Notes under the pieces: generated by a model
Told to the model about the DNA's origin: nothing
Databases searched by the model: none
Seen by the model: the letters and a program-made list of their open reading frames with translations, nothing else
Shown here: positions 18,020 to 28,280 of the stretch, one piece after another
Position numbering within the stretch: the stretch's first letter is position 1
Layout: each line of letters begins with the position of its first letter
DNA from: an uncultured Gemmatimonadales bacterium
Lineage (GTDB): Bacteria; Gemmatimonadota; Gemmatimonadetes; Gemmatimonadales; GWC2-71-9
Assembly: GCA_963739455.1 (NCBI GenBank)
Contig: CAVUAK010000003.1
Span: forward strand, 320,001-384,000
DNA: 64,000 bases
Direction of reading: 5' to 3'
Translations under genes and position numbers: made by a program

Positions 18020-20698
18020 CTGCGCCACCTGGTCCGTTGCTTCATCTGCCTGATCCTGATCGCCACGCCTGCTGCGCTCGGGGCCCAGCTCGGGCCCCCG
18101 ACCACCGGCGGGGCGGTGGGTCTTGCCCAGGCGCTGCGGTTCCTCGGGCAGTACAAGCGGGTCCTGGTCATCGGTGCACATCCCGACGACGAGAACACCG
18201 AATTGCTCACCATCCTGGTCCGTGGCCAGGGCGCCGAGGCAGCGTACCTCTCGCTCAACCGGGGCGAGGGTGGGCAGAATCTCGTCGGCTCCGAGCTGGG
18301 GCTGGCGCTCGGCATGCTGCGCACGCAGGAATTGCTTGCTGCCCGTCGGCTCGACGGCGCGGGCCAGTATTTCACGCGCGCCTATGACTTCGGGTTCTCC
18401 AAGAACCTCGAGGACACGTGGGCCCACTGGCCGCGCGATACCGTACTGAAGGACGTTGTGCGCATCGTCCGGCGATTCCGCCCGCAGATCATCGTGTCGA
18501 TCTTCAGCGGCACGCCGCGCGATGGCCACGGCCAGCACCAGGCTGCAGGCTGGGCGGCGGCCGAGGCCTTCCGCGTGGCCGGGGACGCGAGCGTGTTCCC
18601 CGAACTCAAGTCCGTCGAGGGGCTCGATCCCTGGATGCCCCTCAAGTTCTATCGAAGCACGCAATTCGATACGGCTGGGACTACGCTGACGATAGACGGT
18701 GCCGAAGTCGATGACGCGGTGGGGAAGACGTATCATCAGGTCGCGATGGCGAGCCGCAGCCTGCACCGTTCGCAGGACATGGGACAACTCCAGACCATCG
18801 GCCCAAGCGTGGTACGCCTCGCGTTGGTGAGTGACCGCACGCGGAAGGGTGCATTCGGACTCTGGTCGGGAATCGATACCACCATTTCGGGTATCCCGGT
18901 TTCTGCTGGCCTCCAGTTGCAGTTCTATGCCGCACTCATCGACACCATCCGCGCGGGACAGGTGGACTCACCAGGCACCGCTCGGGGTGCCGATACGCTG
19001 ACTCAGGCCCGCCTGCTCCGGGCCGCCGCCCTCCTGGCACCGCATGCTGGCGCGCCCTGGGGCTCCGGCCGCAGCGTCATCGAGCTCAGCGACCAGTTGA
19101 ACCACATCGCCGACGCGTGGCAGGCGGCGTCGGGCACGCTACTCGATGTCCGCGCCAGCAATTCACGCGTGACGCCTGGAGACTCGATGGAGTTGGTGGT
19201 CGAGGCGGTCGGCGTCACCTTCGACCGCTTCCGCTCCGTGTTCTCCTCCGCGCCGCTCCCCGTGAGCCGGATCCAGCCACAGGTGCGCCGTTTCAGTTCC
19301 GGTGGCCGGCCCGGCCTCGAATGGCGATACGCCGGACGCGTCCCGGCCGACCGGCCGCTCACGCAGCCCTACTTCCTGCGCCGCGCCTTGCCGGGGGACA
19401 TGTACGACTGGTCAGGCGCGACGCCCGCGGAGTATGGGCTGCCGTTCGAGGCGCCCGAGGTGAGCGCCGGCCTGGTGACGGCCCCGCTCACCGCTGCGTG
19501 GATGTGGCGCGAGGGAACCTGGCGCTGGAATGACCAGGCGCGCGGCGAGGTGCGTGAGCCCGTGGACGTGGCACCACGGATCGACGTGAGGTTGTCGCCA
19601 GCAGAACTACCATGGCGGCTGACCGGCGGTGCGACGCATGTCCTCACCGTAACGCTGATTCATGGCGCGGGGGACAGCACCTCCGGTCGCGTGAGCCTGG
19701 AACTGCCCAGCGGGTGGCCGGCAGTGCCGGCGCAGTCATTCACGCTGGCCCGCCGCGGTGAACGACGTGAGCTCCTGTTCACGGTGCGGGCACCCGCCAA
19801 GCTCGCGCCCGGACTCTATGCCGTGAGTGCCCTGGCCGTGGATGCGCGGGGAGAGCAGTACCGACAGGGCCGCGTCACCATCAGCTATCCCTACATTCGG
19901 CCGAGGAGTTACCTCTCGCCGGCGACGGTGCGCGTGACGGCACTCGACCTGGTGCTGCCGCCGGCGAAACGCATCGGCTATATCCGCGGTGCCGCCGATC
20001 GCGTGCCGGAGGCGCTCGCACTCGCCGGCATGCCCATCGAGGTCATCGATGGCGCCGCGCTATCGCTCGGCGGCCTCGAACGGTTTGATGCGATCGTCGT
20101 GGGGCCGCGCGCCTTCGAGACCGATTCATCGCTGGTGAACGAGAACGAGGCGCTGCTCGACTATGCCCGGAAGGGCGGGCTCGTCATCGTCCAGTACCAG
20201 CAGTACGGCTTCTTCTTCGGCAACTTCGCGCCCTATCCGTTGTTCGTGGCGAGCCGGCCGCCGGGGTCGGCCGATCGCGCGGTGACGACGACGCAACCTG
20301 CGGCCGGGGCGCCGGTCCCCGCGCTGCTGGGCGGCCACGATCGAGTTACCGATGAAGGGGCCGCCGTTACGGTTGTCGATACCGGCGTGCGGGTGCTTCG
20401 CGTGCCCAACCGCATCGGGCCGTCCGACTGGGACGGGTGGGTGCAGGAGCGCGGCCTCTACTTCGCGCGGGCCTGGGCTCCCGAGTATCGCACGGTGCTC
20501 GAGATGCATGATCCCGGCGAGGCGAACCTCGAGGGCGGGCTGCTCATCGCCAGGGTAGGGAAGGGCACGTGGGTCTACACCGGGCTCAGCTTTTTCCGCC
20601 AGTTGCCGGCGGGGGTACCAGGAGCATATCGGCTCTTTGCAAACCTGCTCGCGTTGGGAACAACGGTGAACCGGGAACCGGGAACAGGGAGCAGGTGA
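18020..20698 (+). CDS. Secreted PIG-L/LmbE-family deacetylase with Ig-like (NEW3) and C-terminal GATase-like domains
   Basis: GAHPDDE, RGEGGQN, DFGFSK, HGQH. The frame extends upstream of GTG 18116 as a signal peptide (LRHLVRCFICLILIATPAALGAQ); true start uncertain. Confidence 0.85.
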   Translation: MRHLVRCFICLILIATPAALGAQLGPPTTGGAVGLAQALRFLGQYKRVLVIGAHPDDENTELLTILVRGQGAEAAYLSLNRGEGGQNLVGSELGLALGMLRTQELLAARRLDGAGQYFTRAYDFGFSKNLEDTWAHWPRDTVLKDVVRIVRRFRPQIIVSIFSGTPRDGHGQHQAAGWAAAEAFRVAGDASVFPELKSVEGLDPWMPLKFYRSTQFDTAGTTLTIDGAEVDDAVGKTYHQVAMASRSLHRSQDMGQLQTIGPSVVRLALVSDRTRKGAFGLWSGIDTTISGIPVSAGLQLQFYAALIDTIRAGQVDSPGTARGADTLTQARLLRAAALLAPHAGAPWGSGRSVIELSDQLNHIADAWQAASGTLLDVRASNSRVTPGDSMELVVEAVGVTFDRFRSVFSSAPLPVSRIQPQVRRFSSGGRPGLEWRYAGRVPADRPLTQPYFLRRALPGDMYDWSGATPAEYGLPFEAPEVSAGLVTAPLTAAWMWREGTWRWNDQARGEVREPVDVAPRIDVRLSPAELPWRLTGGATHVLTVTLIHGAGDSTSGRVSLELPSGWPAVPAQSFTLARRGERRELLFTVRAPAKLAPGLYAVSALAVDARGEQYRQGRVTISYPYIRPRSYLSPATVRVTALDLVLPPAKRIGYIRGAADRVPEALALAGMPIEVIDGAALSLGGLERFDAIVVGPRAFETDSSLVNENEALLDYARKGGLVIVQYQQYGFFFGNFAPYPLFVASRPPGSADRAVTTTQPAAGAPVPALLGGHDRVTDEGAAVTVVDTGVRVLRVPNRIGPSDWDGWVQERGLYFARAWAPEYRTVLEMHDPGEANLEGGLLIARVGKGTWVYTGLSFFRQLPAGVPGAYRLFANLLALGTTVNREPGTGSR

Positions 20699-20742
20699 CC
20701 TTGATCGATTTCCCGTTCCCTGTTCCCCGTTCCCTGTTCCCG
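20656..20742. repeat. Inverted cluster of GGGAAC(A/C) heptamer repeats across a gene junction
   Basis: GGGAACC GGGAACA GGGAGCA, then complementary TTCCCG TTCCCTG TTCCCCG TTCCCTG TTCCCG. Confidence 0.7.
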
Positions 20743-21759
20743 CTGTTGGTGGCCGCAATCTCGGCGTGCGGGAAGGACACCCGCACTCCCGTCCTCGTCT
20801 ACTCTCCCCACGGCCGTGACCAGTTGTTGTTGCTCGAGCGAGAATTCGAGCGCAAGCGCCCCGATATCGACATCCGCTGGCTTGACCTTGGCAGCCAGGA
20901 AATCCTTGATCGGCTCCGCTTCGAACGGGTCAACCCCCAGGCTGATGTCTGGTTCGGCGGGCCTACCACCGTATTCGATCGTGGCGTGCAGGACTCGCTG
21001 CTCCAGCCCTACCGGCCCGAATGGGTCGAGCACACCGACAGCAGTGCGTGGGGTCCCGGCGACCTCTACTTTGGCGTGTACCGAACGCCCGCCGTCATCG
21101 CTTACAACAGCAATGCCGTCACCGCAGACGAGGCCCCGAAGGATTGGGACGATGTGCTGGATCCGAAGTGGCACGACCAGGTCCTCATCCGCGACCCGAT
21201 GGCGAGTGGAACCATGCGTGCCATCTGGGGACTCATCATCGAGCGAAGCATCAACACCACCGGTGACACCACTGCCGGGATGAACTGGCTTCGGCGCCTC
21301 GATCGGCAGACCCGCGCATACGCGCTGAATCCCGCCATCCTCGATGCCAAGCTGGCGCGTCGGGAAGGCCTTGTTACCCTGTGGGACTTGCCTGATATCC
21401 TCATCAGCCAGTCCAAGGGCATGCCATTCAACTACGTTTTCCCGTCGAGTGGGACGGTGGTCATCGAGGATGCGATCGGCCTGGTCCGGGGCAGCCGTCA
21501 CCCGGATGCGGCAAAGACTTTCATCGATTTTGTCGGCAGCACCGAGGCCCAGGTACTGGCGGCCAACAAGGTCTTCCGTATTCCTGCGCGCACCGACCTC
21601 GCCCGGGATGAAGTTCCCGCCTGGCTCGATACCGTCATGCGTGACATGAAGGTGGCGCCGGTGGACTGGGCCCTCCTCGCGCGCGATGGCAGCGCGTGGA
21701 TGGCCTACTGGGACCAGCACGTGCGCGGGACCGGCAAGCGGTTGGAGGCAAACGACTGA
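20701..21759 (+). CDS. ABC transporter substrate-binding lipoprotein (Fe3+/thiamine/polyamine class)
   Basis: Lipobox AISAC, VLVYSPHG, NPQADVWFGG, PKDWDDVLDPKW, RDPMASGT. Confidence 0.85.
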   Translation: MIDFPFPVPRSLFPLLVAAISACGKDTRTPVLVYSPHGRDQLLLLEREFERKRPDIDIRWLDLGSQEILDRLRFERVNPQADVWFGGPTTVFDRGVQDSLLQPYRPEWVEHTDSSAWGPGDLYFGVYRTPAVIAYNSNAVTADEAPKDWDDVLDPKWHDQVLIRDPMASGTMRAIWGLIIERSINTTGDTTAGMNWLRRLDRQTRAYALNPAILDAKLARREGLVTLWDLPDILISQSKGMPFNYVFPSSGTVVIEDAIGLVRGSRHPDAAKTFIDFVGSTEAQVLAANKVFRIPARTDLARDEVPAWLDTVMRDMKVAPVDWALLARDGSAWMAYWDQHVRGTGKRLEAND

Positions 21760-22842
21760 ATGATCGATAGCTTCCTGGCACTCGACCAGCTCACCCGCCG
21801 ATTCGGTGAGCATCTCGCCGTTGACGCGCTTTCACTCTCGCTCGAGCGCGGCGAGGTCCTCGCGCTGCTCGGACCCAGCGGCAGTGGCAAGACGACAGCC
21901 CTCCGCCTGCTCGCCGGGTTCGAGCATCCCGACTCCGGTCGTGTACTGGTCGAGGGCGTCGATGTCACCGCGCTGCCGGCGGCGCGGCGGCGCTTCGGCA
22001 TGGTGTTCCAGCACTATGCACTCTTCCCCCACCTCGACGTGGGCCAGAACGTGGCCTTCGGCCTCGAGGCCATCGGTGCACCGGCCAATGATATCCGGCG
22101 CCGCGTCACCGAGGCGCTCGAGCAGGTGGACCTTGCCGGTCTCGAGCGCCGGCGCATCGGCGAGCTCTCCGGCGGGCAGCAGCAGCGCGTCGCCCTCGCG
22201 CGCGCCCTGGCACCTGAGCCACGGGTCCTGCTGCTCGATGAACCACTCTCCAACCTCGATCCCACCCTGCGCGAGCGCACCCGTCGCGAGCTGCGCGAGG
22301 TGATCCGCCGCATCGGCATCACCACCGTCCTGGTGACGCACGAGCAGGACGAGGCCTTCGAACTGGGAGACCGGGTGGCGCTGCTGCGCGCCGGCCGGCT
22401 GGAGCAGGTGGGAACGCCCGCCGACCTCTACGGGCGTCCCGCCACGCCATTCGTCGCCACCTTCATCGGGCGCGCGAGTCCGGTGCCGGTCATGGTCGAG
22501 CGCGGCGTGACGGGCGTGCTCCGCCTCCGGTTGCCCGGTGGCGGGCTCTGGACCCTCACTCCAGAGCAGGAAACCGGGCATGAGGTGGAGGGTCCGGCCA
22601 CGCTCTACGCCCGCCCGGAGGCACTCCGCCTCGCGACTGGTACCGATGGAGCAGCCCAGGGCGTCATCACCTCGCTGCGCTTCGCCGGTGCCTCGTCGCT
22701 CTTCGGTGTCCGTCTCGAACTCGGCCATGAGGTGGAGGTGGCCGCGCCGCTCGGCTCGGCGCAGGTCGGCGAATCGGTCGGCGTGCTGCCGAGCCGGCGC
22801 GGACAGGGTGGCATGCATCTCTTCGCGCCGGCGGCCCGTTGA
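21760..22842 (+). CDS. ABC transporter ATP-binding protein (FbpC/PotA-like)
   Basis: GPSGSGKTT, LSGGQQQR, LLLDEP, TOBE-like tail. Confidence 0.92.
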   Translation: MIDSFLALDQLTRRFGEHLAVDALSLSLERGEVLALLGPSGSGKTTALRLLAGFEHPDSGRVLVEGVDVTALPAARRRFGMVFQHYALFPHLDVGQNVAFGLEAIGAPANDIRRRVTEALEQVDLAGLERRRIGELSGGQQQRVALARALAPEPRVLLLDEPLSNLDPTLRERTRRELREVIRRIGITTVLVTHEQDEAFELGDRVALLRAGRLEQVGTPADLYGRPATPFVATFIGRASPVPVMVERGVTGVLRLRLPGGGLWTLTPEQETGHEVEGPATLYARPEALRLATGTDGAAQGVITSLRFAGASSLFGVRLELGHEVEVAAPLGSAQVGESVGVLPSRRGQGGMHLFAPAAR

Positions 22843-24497
22843 ATCGCCGGGCGCGCGGGGCCGTACTGTTCGGGGTGCTTCTTTCCCTCCTCCTCATCTG
22901 GCTCGTCGTATACCCGATCGGGATCGTGGCCATCGACGCGGTACGCGGCGCCGACGGCTTCACCCTGGATGGGTTCCGCGCATTCCTTGCGCGCCACAAC
23001 GAGTGGCAGGCGCTATGGGGTAGTGTCTGGATCTCGCTTGCCACGGTCGTGCTCTCCGCGGGTATTGGCGTCCCCCTCGCCGTCTTCTTCACCCGTTACG
23101 AGTTCCCCGGCCGCCGCGTCCTGGCGCAGCTCGTCGCCCTGCCGGCGGTGCTTCCTCCACTCGTGGGCGTGCTCTCCTTCCTCTTTCTCTGGGGCGAGAC
23201 CGGCTTCGCCGCGCGGCTCGTGCAGCAGGTCACGGGACGGCTCGACCCGCCATGGCGACTGCAGGGGGCTGGGGCCATCCTCTTCGTGCACGCGTACTCG
23301 ATGTACGTCTACTTCTATCTCTTCGTGCGCGCCGGCCTGCGCGGCATCGACGCGTCGGCCTACGAGGCCGCCGAGAGTCTTGGGGCCTCTCGCTGGCGCA
23401 CGCTCACGCGGGTGGTGATGCCGCTCCTCCGTCCTGCGCTGGCAGGCGCGGCACTGCTCGTCTTCCTCTCGTCACTGGCGTCATTCAGCGCACCATACCT
23501 CTTTGGCGGCGGCTTCCGGGTCATGACGACGCAGATCGTCAGCACCCGCCTCAATGGCGACGACAGGCTGGCGATGGTGGAGACGCTCGCGCTGACGGCG
23601 ATTGCCCTGGTGGGGCTCGTCCTGGTGCGACTGGTCGATGCCGACGGCATCATTGGCGGGTCCAAGGGCGCGCCTCCCGCGGCACGACCGATCACATCGC
23701 GGCGGGCTCGCACCCTCCTCTCTGTCGTTGCCTGGCTGCTGGCTGGGTTCCTCCTGCTCCCACACGCCACCCTGCTGCTCGTCTCCCTCGTGCCACTCGG
23801 GACGTGGACCAACGAGGCGCTGCCGCCCTCGTATACGCTGGGCAACTACCTCACGCTCATCAGTGATCCGGTACGGTCGCGTCCACTGCTCACCAGCCTC
23901 TGGATGGCGGTCGTTGCCACGGCGGGAGCGGTTGTGATCGGCCTCGCGGTCGGGGCGCTGGTGGTTCGTCGCAAGGTGCCGACGGCGCGCCTCCTGGAAT
24001 GGTTGGTCGCCCTGCCGTGGGCGGTGCCTGGGACGGTGTTCGCCATTGCGCTTGCCACCGCCTTCTCGGTGCACGCGCCGGCGATGCTCCGCTTCATCCT
24101 GGTGGGGACGCCGTTCATCCTTCCACTCGCCTATCTCGTGCGCAACCTGCCGCTCTCGGGACGGGCGCTGCTGGCGGGCTATCGCCGGCTCGATCCCTCG
24201 TATGAGGAAGCATCGGCGTCGCTCGGTGCCGGTGGCGTGCGGACCATGCGCCGGGTCGTCGTTCCCCTGCTGCGTTCCTCGCTCGTGGCCGGCGCAACCT
24301 TGGCGTTTGTGGCCGGCTTCGGAGACTTCGTGACCAGCGTGCTGCTCTATACGTACGATACGCGCCCCATCTCCCTCGAGATCCTGGGCAGCCTCCGCTC
24401 GAGTGACGTCGGCGTTGCGGCCGCTTACGGTGTCGTGCTGATGTGCGTGAGTGCGGCGGTGTTCCTGGTGACGGCCGAACGGGAGCCCGGCCGATGA
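22839..24497 (+). CDS. ABC transporter permease, two BPD_transp_1 modules (FbpB-like)
   Basis: Two EAA loops (YEAAESLGAS, YEEASASLGAG) and many TM segments. Confidence 0.9.
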   Translation: MNRRARGAVLFGVLLSLLLIWLVVYPIGIVAIDAVRGADGFTLDGFRAFLARHNEWQALWGSVWISLATVVLSAGIGVPLAVFFTRYEFPGRRVLAQLVALPAVLPPLVGVLSFLFLWGETGFAARLVQQVTGRLDPPWRLQGAGAILFVHAYSMYVYFYLFVRAGLRGIDASAYEAAESLGASRWRTLTRVVMPLLRPALAGAALLVFLSSLASFSAPYLFGGGFRVMTTQIVSTRLNGDDRLAMVETLALTAIALVGLVLVRLVDADGIIGGSKGAPPAARPITSRRARTLLSVVAWLLAGFLLLPHATLLLVSLVPLGTWTNEALPPSYTLGNYLTLISDPVRSRPLLTSLWMAVVATAGAVVIGLAVGALVVRRKVPTARLLEWLVALPWAVPGTVFAIALATAFSVHAPAMLRFILVGTPFILPLAYLVRNLPLSGRALLAGYRRLDPSYEEASASLGAGGVRTMRRVVVPLLRSSLVAGATLAFVAGFGDFVTSVLLYTYDTRPISLEILGSLRSSDVGVAAAYGVVLMCVSAAVFLVTAEREPGR

Positions 24498-25720
24498 GCG
24501 AGGTTGCCGCGCCGGTCGCCTCTGCCAGCGCGCGAGACCAGCTCCGGCGTCTCGGGGTCCTCATCGCCACCTGTTTTGTGGACATGATCGGGTTTGCGAT
24601 GGTACTGCCGATCCTGCCGTTCTACGCGCTCGACCTCAAGGCCTCTCCCTTCCAGATCGGGATCATTACCGCCGCTTTTTCTGCGGCGCAGATACTCTCG
24701 GCCCCCCTCTGGGGACGGGTGTCCGACAAGTACGGGCGACGGCCAGCGCTGCTCATCGGCCTCCTTGCATCGGCCATGGCGTACGTGGTATTCGGGCTGG
24801 CCCACTCGCTCTGGCTGCTCTTTCTCTCGCGCCTCATCCAGGGCGCGGGCGGCGGTACCACCGGTGTGGCCAATGCCTACATCGCCGATTCGGTCGAACC
24901 GGGTGATCGCGCGCGCGCGCTGGGGTGGCTCTCGGCCGCCACGTCGGCCGGGGTCATGTTCGGCCCGGTCATCGGGTCCGTGGCTGCCCATTGGGGCCGG
25001 GCGATGCCGGGCTTTGTGGCGGCGGCACTCTGCGTCGTCAACTTTGCCTTTGCGTGGCGCCTGCTTCCCGAGTCGCACAAGAACCGGGGCAGCACCACCG
25101 TCGTGCGGAAGCCGGTGTGGCAGTCGGCGTGGCAGGTGGTGCGACACCCGACGCTGCAGGTATCGAGGCTCACCTGGATCTACAGCGTCGGCATGCTCGC
25201 CTTCGCCTCGCTCACGTCGGTGCTGGCGCTCTTTCTCGGGGCCCGCTTTCACGTGAATGCCATGACGATCGGACCCTGGTTCCTCTACATCGGCGGCCTG
25301 TCCGTCATCATGCGGACGATCTTCCTCGGCCCCATCGTCGATCGGATCGGTGAGACGTGGGCCATGCGAATCGGGGCAATGCTGCTCATCGTCGGGCTGC
25401 TCCTCTATCCGATCGCGTCATCCATCGCGATGCTCGTGCTCATCATGCCGCTGGTCCCCATCGGCACCGCCCTCCTTTTCCCGTCCACCACGGCGCTGAT
25501 GACGCGGGGGGCGGACCGCGAGGAGACTGGCACGGTCATGGGCGTGGCCCAGACGTTCGGCGGCGTGTCTCGCGTGGCGGCTCCGCTCATGGCAACCGCT
25601 GCATTCGAGGTTAACATCTGGTTCCCGTTTGTCCTGGGCGCCGGGGTGGTCGGGGTAGCGATGATCATGGCGTTCCGGGTGCCGGTGGTACCACCGCGGA
25701 GGAAGGTGATTCGTGCCTGA
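24494..25720 (+). CDS. MFS transporter (TetA/DHA1-like)
   Basis: Motif A GRVSDKYGRRP, SRLIQGAGGG, GVMFGPVIG; ATG overlaps the permease stop. Confidence 0.88.
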   Translation: MSEVAAPVASASARDQLRRLGVLIATCFVDMIGFAMVLPILPFYALDLKASPFQIGIITAAFSAAQILSAPLWGRVSDKYGRRPALLIGLLASAMAYVVFGLAHSLWLLFLSRLIQGAGGGTTGVANAYIADSVEPGDRARALGWLSAATSAGVMFGPVIGSVAAHWGRAMPGFVAAALCVVNFAFAWRLLPESHKNRGSTTVVRKPVWQSAWQVVRHPTLQVSRLTWIYSVGMLAFASLTSVLALFLGARFHVNAMTIGPWFLYIGGLSVIMRTIFLGPIVDRIGETWAMRIGAMLLIVGLLLYPIASSIAMLVLIMPLVPIGTALLFPSTTALMTRGADREETGTVMGVAQTFGGVSRVAAPLMATAAFEVNIWFPFVLGAGVVGVAMIMAFRVPVVPPRRKVIRA

Positions 25721-27446
25721 AGATGGAGAACACGTGACGCTGGCCATGGCGGCCTCCCCCGAGGCACTCGCGAAGGCGACCTGGAGTGATATCCGGCCCT
25801 GGTTCGACGCCCTCGCCGCGCGCGAGTTCGACAATACCAGCGTCGAGCAGTGGCTTGCCGACTGGTCGCGCCTCGAGGCCATGCTGACCGAGGCCGCAAG
25901 CCGGGCGATGATCCGCTATACCGTCGATACCAGGGACAAGGAGGCGGAGCAGGATCACCTGCGCTTTTCCATGGAGATCCTGCCCCAGGCGGAGGAGCGG
26001 AGCGTCGCCCTGCAGAGGCGACTGGTGGCGTCCGGCTACGTCTCGCCGGCCCTGGAAACCACGCTGCGCGGCTTCCGGACCTCCATCGAGATCTTCCGCG
26101 ACGCCAACGTGCCGATCATGAGCGAGCTGGAGGAGCACTCGGCGACATATCAGCGCATCACCGGCGGCATGACGGCCCTGTGGGAAGGGAAGGAACTGCC
26201 GCTGCCTCAGCTCGCCCCCTTCCTCAAGGAACCCGACCGGGCCGTGCGGGAACGCGCCTTCCGCGCGAGTACCGCGCCGTATGTGGCGGCGCGCGGTGAG
26301 CTCGCGCCACTCTTCGACCAGATGCACGGGCTGCGGCAGCAGGTGGCCCGCAACGCCGGCTTTTCGTCGTTCCGCGACTACGTGTTCAAGGCAAAGCTCC
26401 GCTTCGACTATTCACCGTCGGACTGCGAGCGCTTCCACGATGCCGTTGAGCGCCATGTCATGCCGGCCTACAACCGCCTGATGACGCACCGGCGCGAACA
26501 ACTCAAGGTCTCCTCGCTCCGGCCCTGGGATGTAGCCGTCGACCTGTACGGTGCGAAGCCGCTGCGTCCATTCCAGGACGGCGCCGAACTGGCCCGGCGC
26601 GCCAGGGCGGTCTTCGAGCGCGTGGATCCGGCCCTGGGTGCGCAGTTCGGCGTCATGATCGACGAGCAGCTGCTCGATCTCGACAGCAGGGCAGGGAAGG
26701 CACCGGGCGGTTACTGCGACACGCTGCACTGGACCGGCAGGCCATTCATCTTCATGAATGCGGTCGGGCTCATGGACGACGTCATGACCCTGATGCACGA
26801 GGCCGGTCATGCGTTCCATGCATTCGCTGCCGGGAGGCTGCCGCTGGTGTGGCAACGTCACCCGGGGTCGGAGGCGTGCGAACTCGCATCAATGTCGATG
26901 GAGCTCCTCTCGGCGCCGCACCTGGAGCGTCCGCTGGGGTACTTCGCGCCCGACGACCTCCGGCGCGCGCGGCTGGAGCACCTCGAGGACGTGATCATCA
27001 CGCTGGCGCACGTCGCGTCGGTCGATGCCTTCCAGCACTGGATCTACACCGATCCCACTGGCGCAGAGGCCGGGGCGCGGGATGCCGCCTGGCTCCGTAT
27101 CCGGAGCCGCTTCGACCAGGGAGTGGATTGGTCCGGCCTGGAGGAGGAGCGCACTGCGCGATGGTATCGCCAGTTGCACATCTTCCTCTACCCGTTCTAC
27201 TACATCGAGTACGGCATCGCCCAGCTTGGCGCGCTGCAGGTGTGGCGGAACAGCCTGCGCGATCCCGGGGACGCTATCCGCCGCTACCGTGACGCCCTTG
27301 CCCTCGGCAATACCCGCTCGCTGCCCGACATCTACGCTGCGGCAGGTGCCAGGCTCGCCTTTGACGCTGCAACGGTGGGCGAGCTGGTCCAGCTGGTCGA
27401 GGAGCAGGTTGATCTCCTGCGCAGCCAGGTGCCCCCGGCTGCCTGA
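25713..27446 (+). CDS. M3-family oligoendopeptidase F
   Basis: HEAGH zinc motif, GKAPGGYC, CELASMSME, HIFLYPFYYIEY. Confidence 0.92.
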   Translation: MPEDGEHVTLAMAASPEALAKATWSDIRPWFDALAAREFDNTSVEQWLADWSRLEAMLTEAASRAMIRYTVDTRDKEAEQDHLRFSMEILPQAEERSVALQRRLVASGYVSPALETTLRGFRTSIEIFRDANVPIMSELEEHSATYQRITGGMTALWEGKELPLPQLAPFLKEPDRAVRERAFRASTAPYVAARGELAPLFDQMHGLRQQVARNAGFSSFRDYVFKAKLRFDYSPSDCERFHDAVERHVMPAYNRLMTHRREQLKVSSLRPWDVAVDLYGAKPLRPFQDGAELARRARAVFERVDPALGAQFGVMIDEQLLDLDSRAGKAPGGYCDTLHWTGRPFIFMNAVGLMDDVMTLMHEAGHAFHAFAAGRLPLVWQRHPGSEACELASMSMELLSAPHLERPLGYFAPDDLRRARLEHLEDVIITLAHVASVDAFQHWIYTDPTGAEAGARDAAWLRIRSRFDQGVDWSGLEEERTARWYRQLHIFLYPFYYIEYGIAQLGALQVWRNSLRDPGDAIRRYRDALALGNTRSLPDIYAAAGARLAFDAATVGELVQLVEEQVDLLRSQVPPAA

Positions 27447-27566
27447 TGGCCCGCCGGGGGGGGCCGAGGTTGCGCCCCGGCCCCTCAGAGGCAAGATTGA
27501 CCGCCGCTGGCGGAGGCCCCTTCAGGCCCTCACGCCTTCAAGTCCTCACGTCTTTAGGGAGCCCGG

Positions 27567-27785
27567 ATGGCGAAAGAAGAAGGCATCGAAATGGAGGGGG
27601 TGGTGACCGAGGTCCTGCCAGACCGGAACTACCGCGTCCTGCTCGACAATGGCCATGAGATCCTGGCCTACGCCGCCGGCAAGATGAGCAAGTTCAAGAT
27701 TCGCGTACTCGAGGGCGACCGGGTGAGTGTAGTGCTCTCCCCGTACGACCTGACCCGTGGCCGGGTCACCTACCGACACAAGTAG
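27567..27785 (+). CDS. infA: Translation initiation factor IF-1
   Basis: [39 protein letters not shown]. Confidence 0.97.
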   Translation: MAKEEGIEMEGVVTEVLPDRNYRVLLDNGHEILAYAAGKMSKFKIRVLEGDRVSVVLSPYDLTRGRVTYRHK

Positions 27786-27805
27786 GACGAGTTGCGGGAA
27801 TACAA

Positions 27806-27836
27806 ACGGAGGGCCGGCGTCTCGCCGGCCCTCCGT
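27806..27836. terminator. Hairpin between convergent infA and csp, probable bidirectional terminator
   Basis: ACGGAGGGCCGGCG-tct-CGCCGGCCCTCCGT 14-bp stem. Confidence 0.75.
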
Positions 27837-27878
27837 CGCTTTCCTGTTCCCTCTTCCCGCAGTTGCTGTTCCCGCAGC

Positions 27879-28094
27879 CTACTTTCCCAGCTTCGTCACC
27901 TTCTCGGCCGCCGGGCCCTTCTGGCCCTGAACGATCTCGAACTCGACCCGCTCACCCTCGGCCAGGCTGCGGAAGCCATCCGCCTCAATGGCGGTGTGAT
28001 GAACGAAGCAGTCCTTTTCTCCGTTCTCGGGGGTGATGAAGCCGAAACCCTTCGCATCATTGAACCACTTGACCGTGCCAGAAACGCGAGCCAT
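27879..28094 (-). CDS. Cold-shock protein (CspA family)
   Basis: [33 protein letters not shown]. Confidence 0.96.
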   Translation of the reverse strand: MARVSGTVKWFNDAKGFGFITPENGEKDCFVHHTAIEADGFRSLAEGERVEFEIVQGQKGPAAEKVTKLGK

Positions 28095-28265
28095 CGGAGC
28101 AACCTCGTTGTGACGTGACCGCGAGACAGCGGCGCTGCCTCGCTCCATCATGGTGCACGGGCCTGTCCCGTGTCATGAAGCCGTGACGGGGCTGGTGCCC
28201 CGGTGCGATTGAATGAGGATCTGCGTGTGCCGGAACTGGCTGTATCCGACTCACCTAATGTCCGC
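28095..28265 (-). promoter_or_regulatory. Long structured 5' UTR of csp gene
   Basis: Hairpins on the - strand: GGGGC-acca-GCCCC, CACGGG-acagg-CCCGTG, GCGAGGCAGC-gcc-GCTGTCTCGC. Confidence 0.45.
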
Positions 28266-28280
28266 CGCGGGCAGGGTTCG

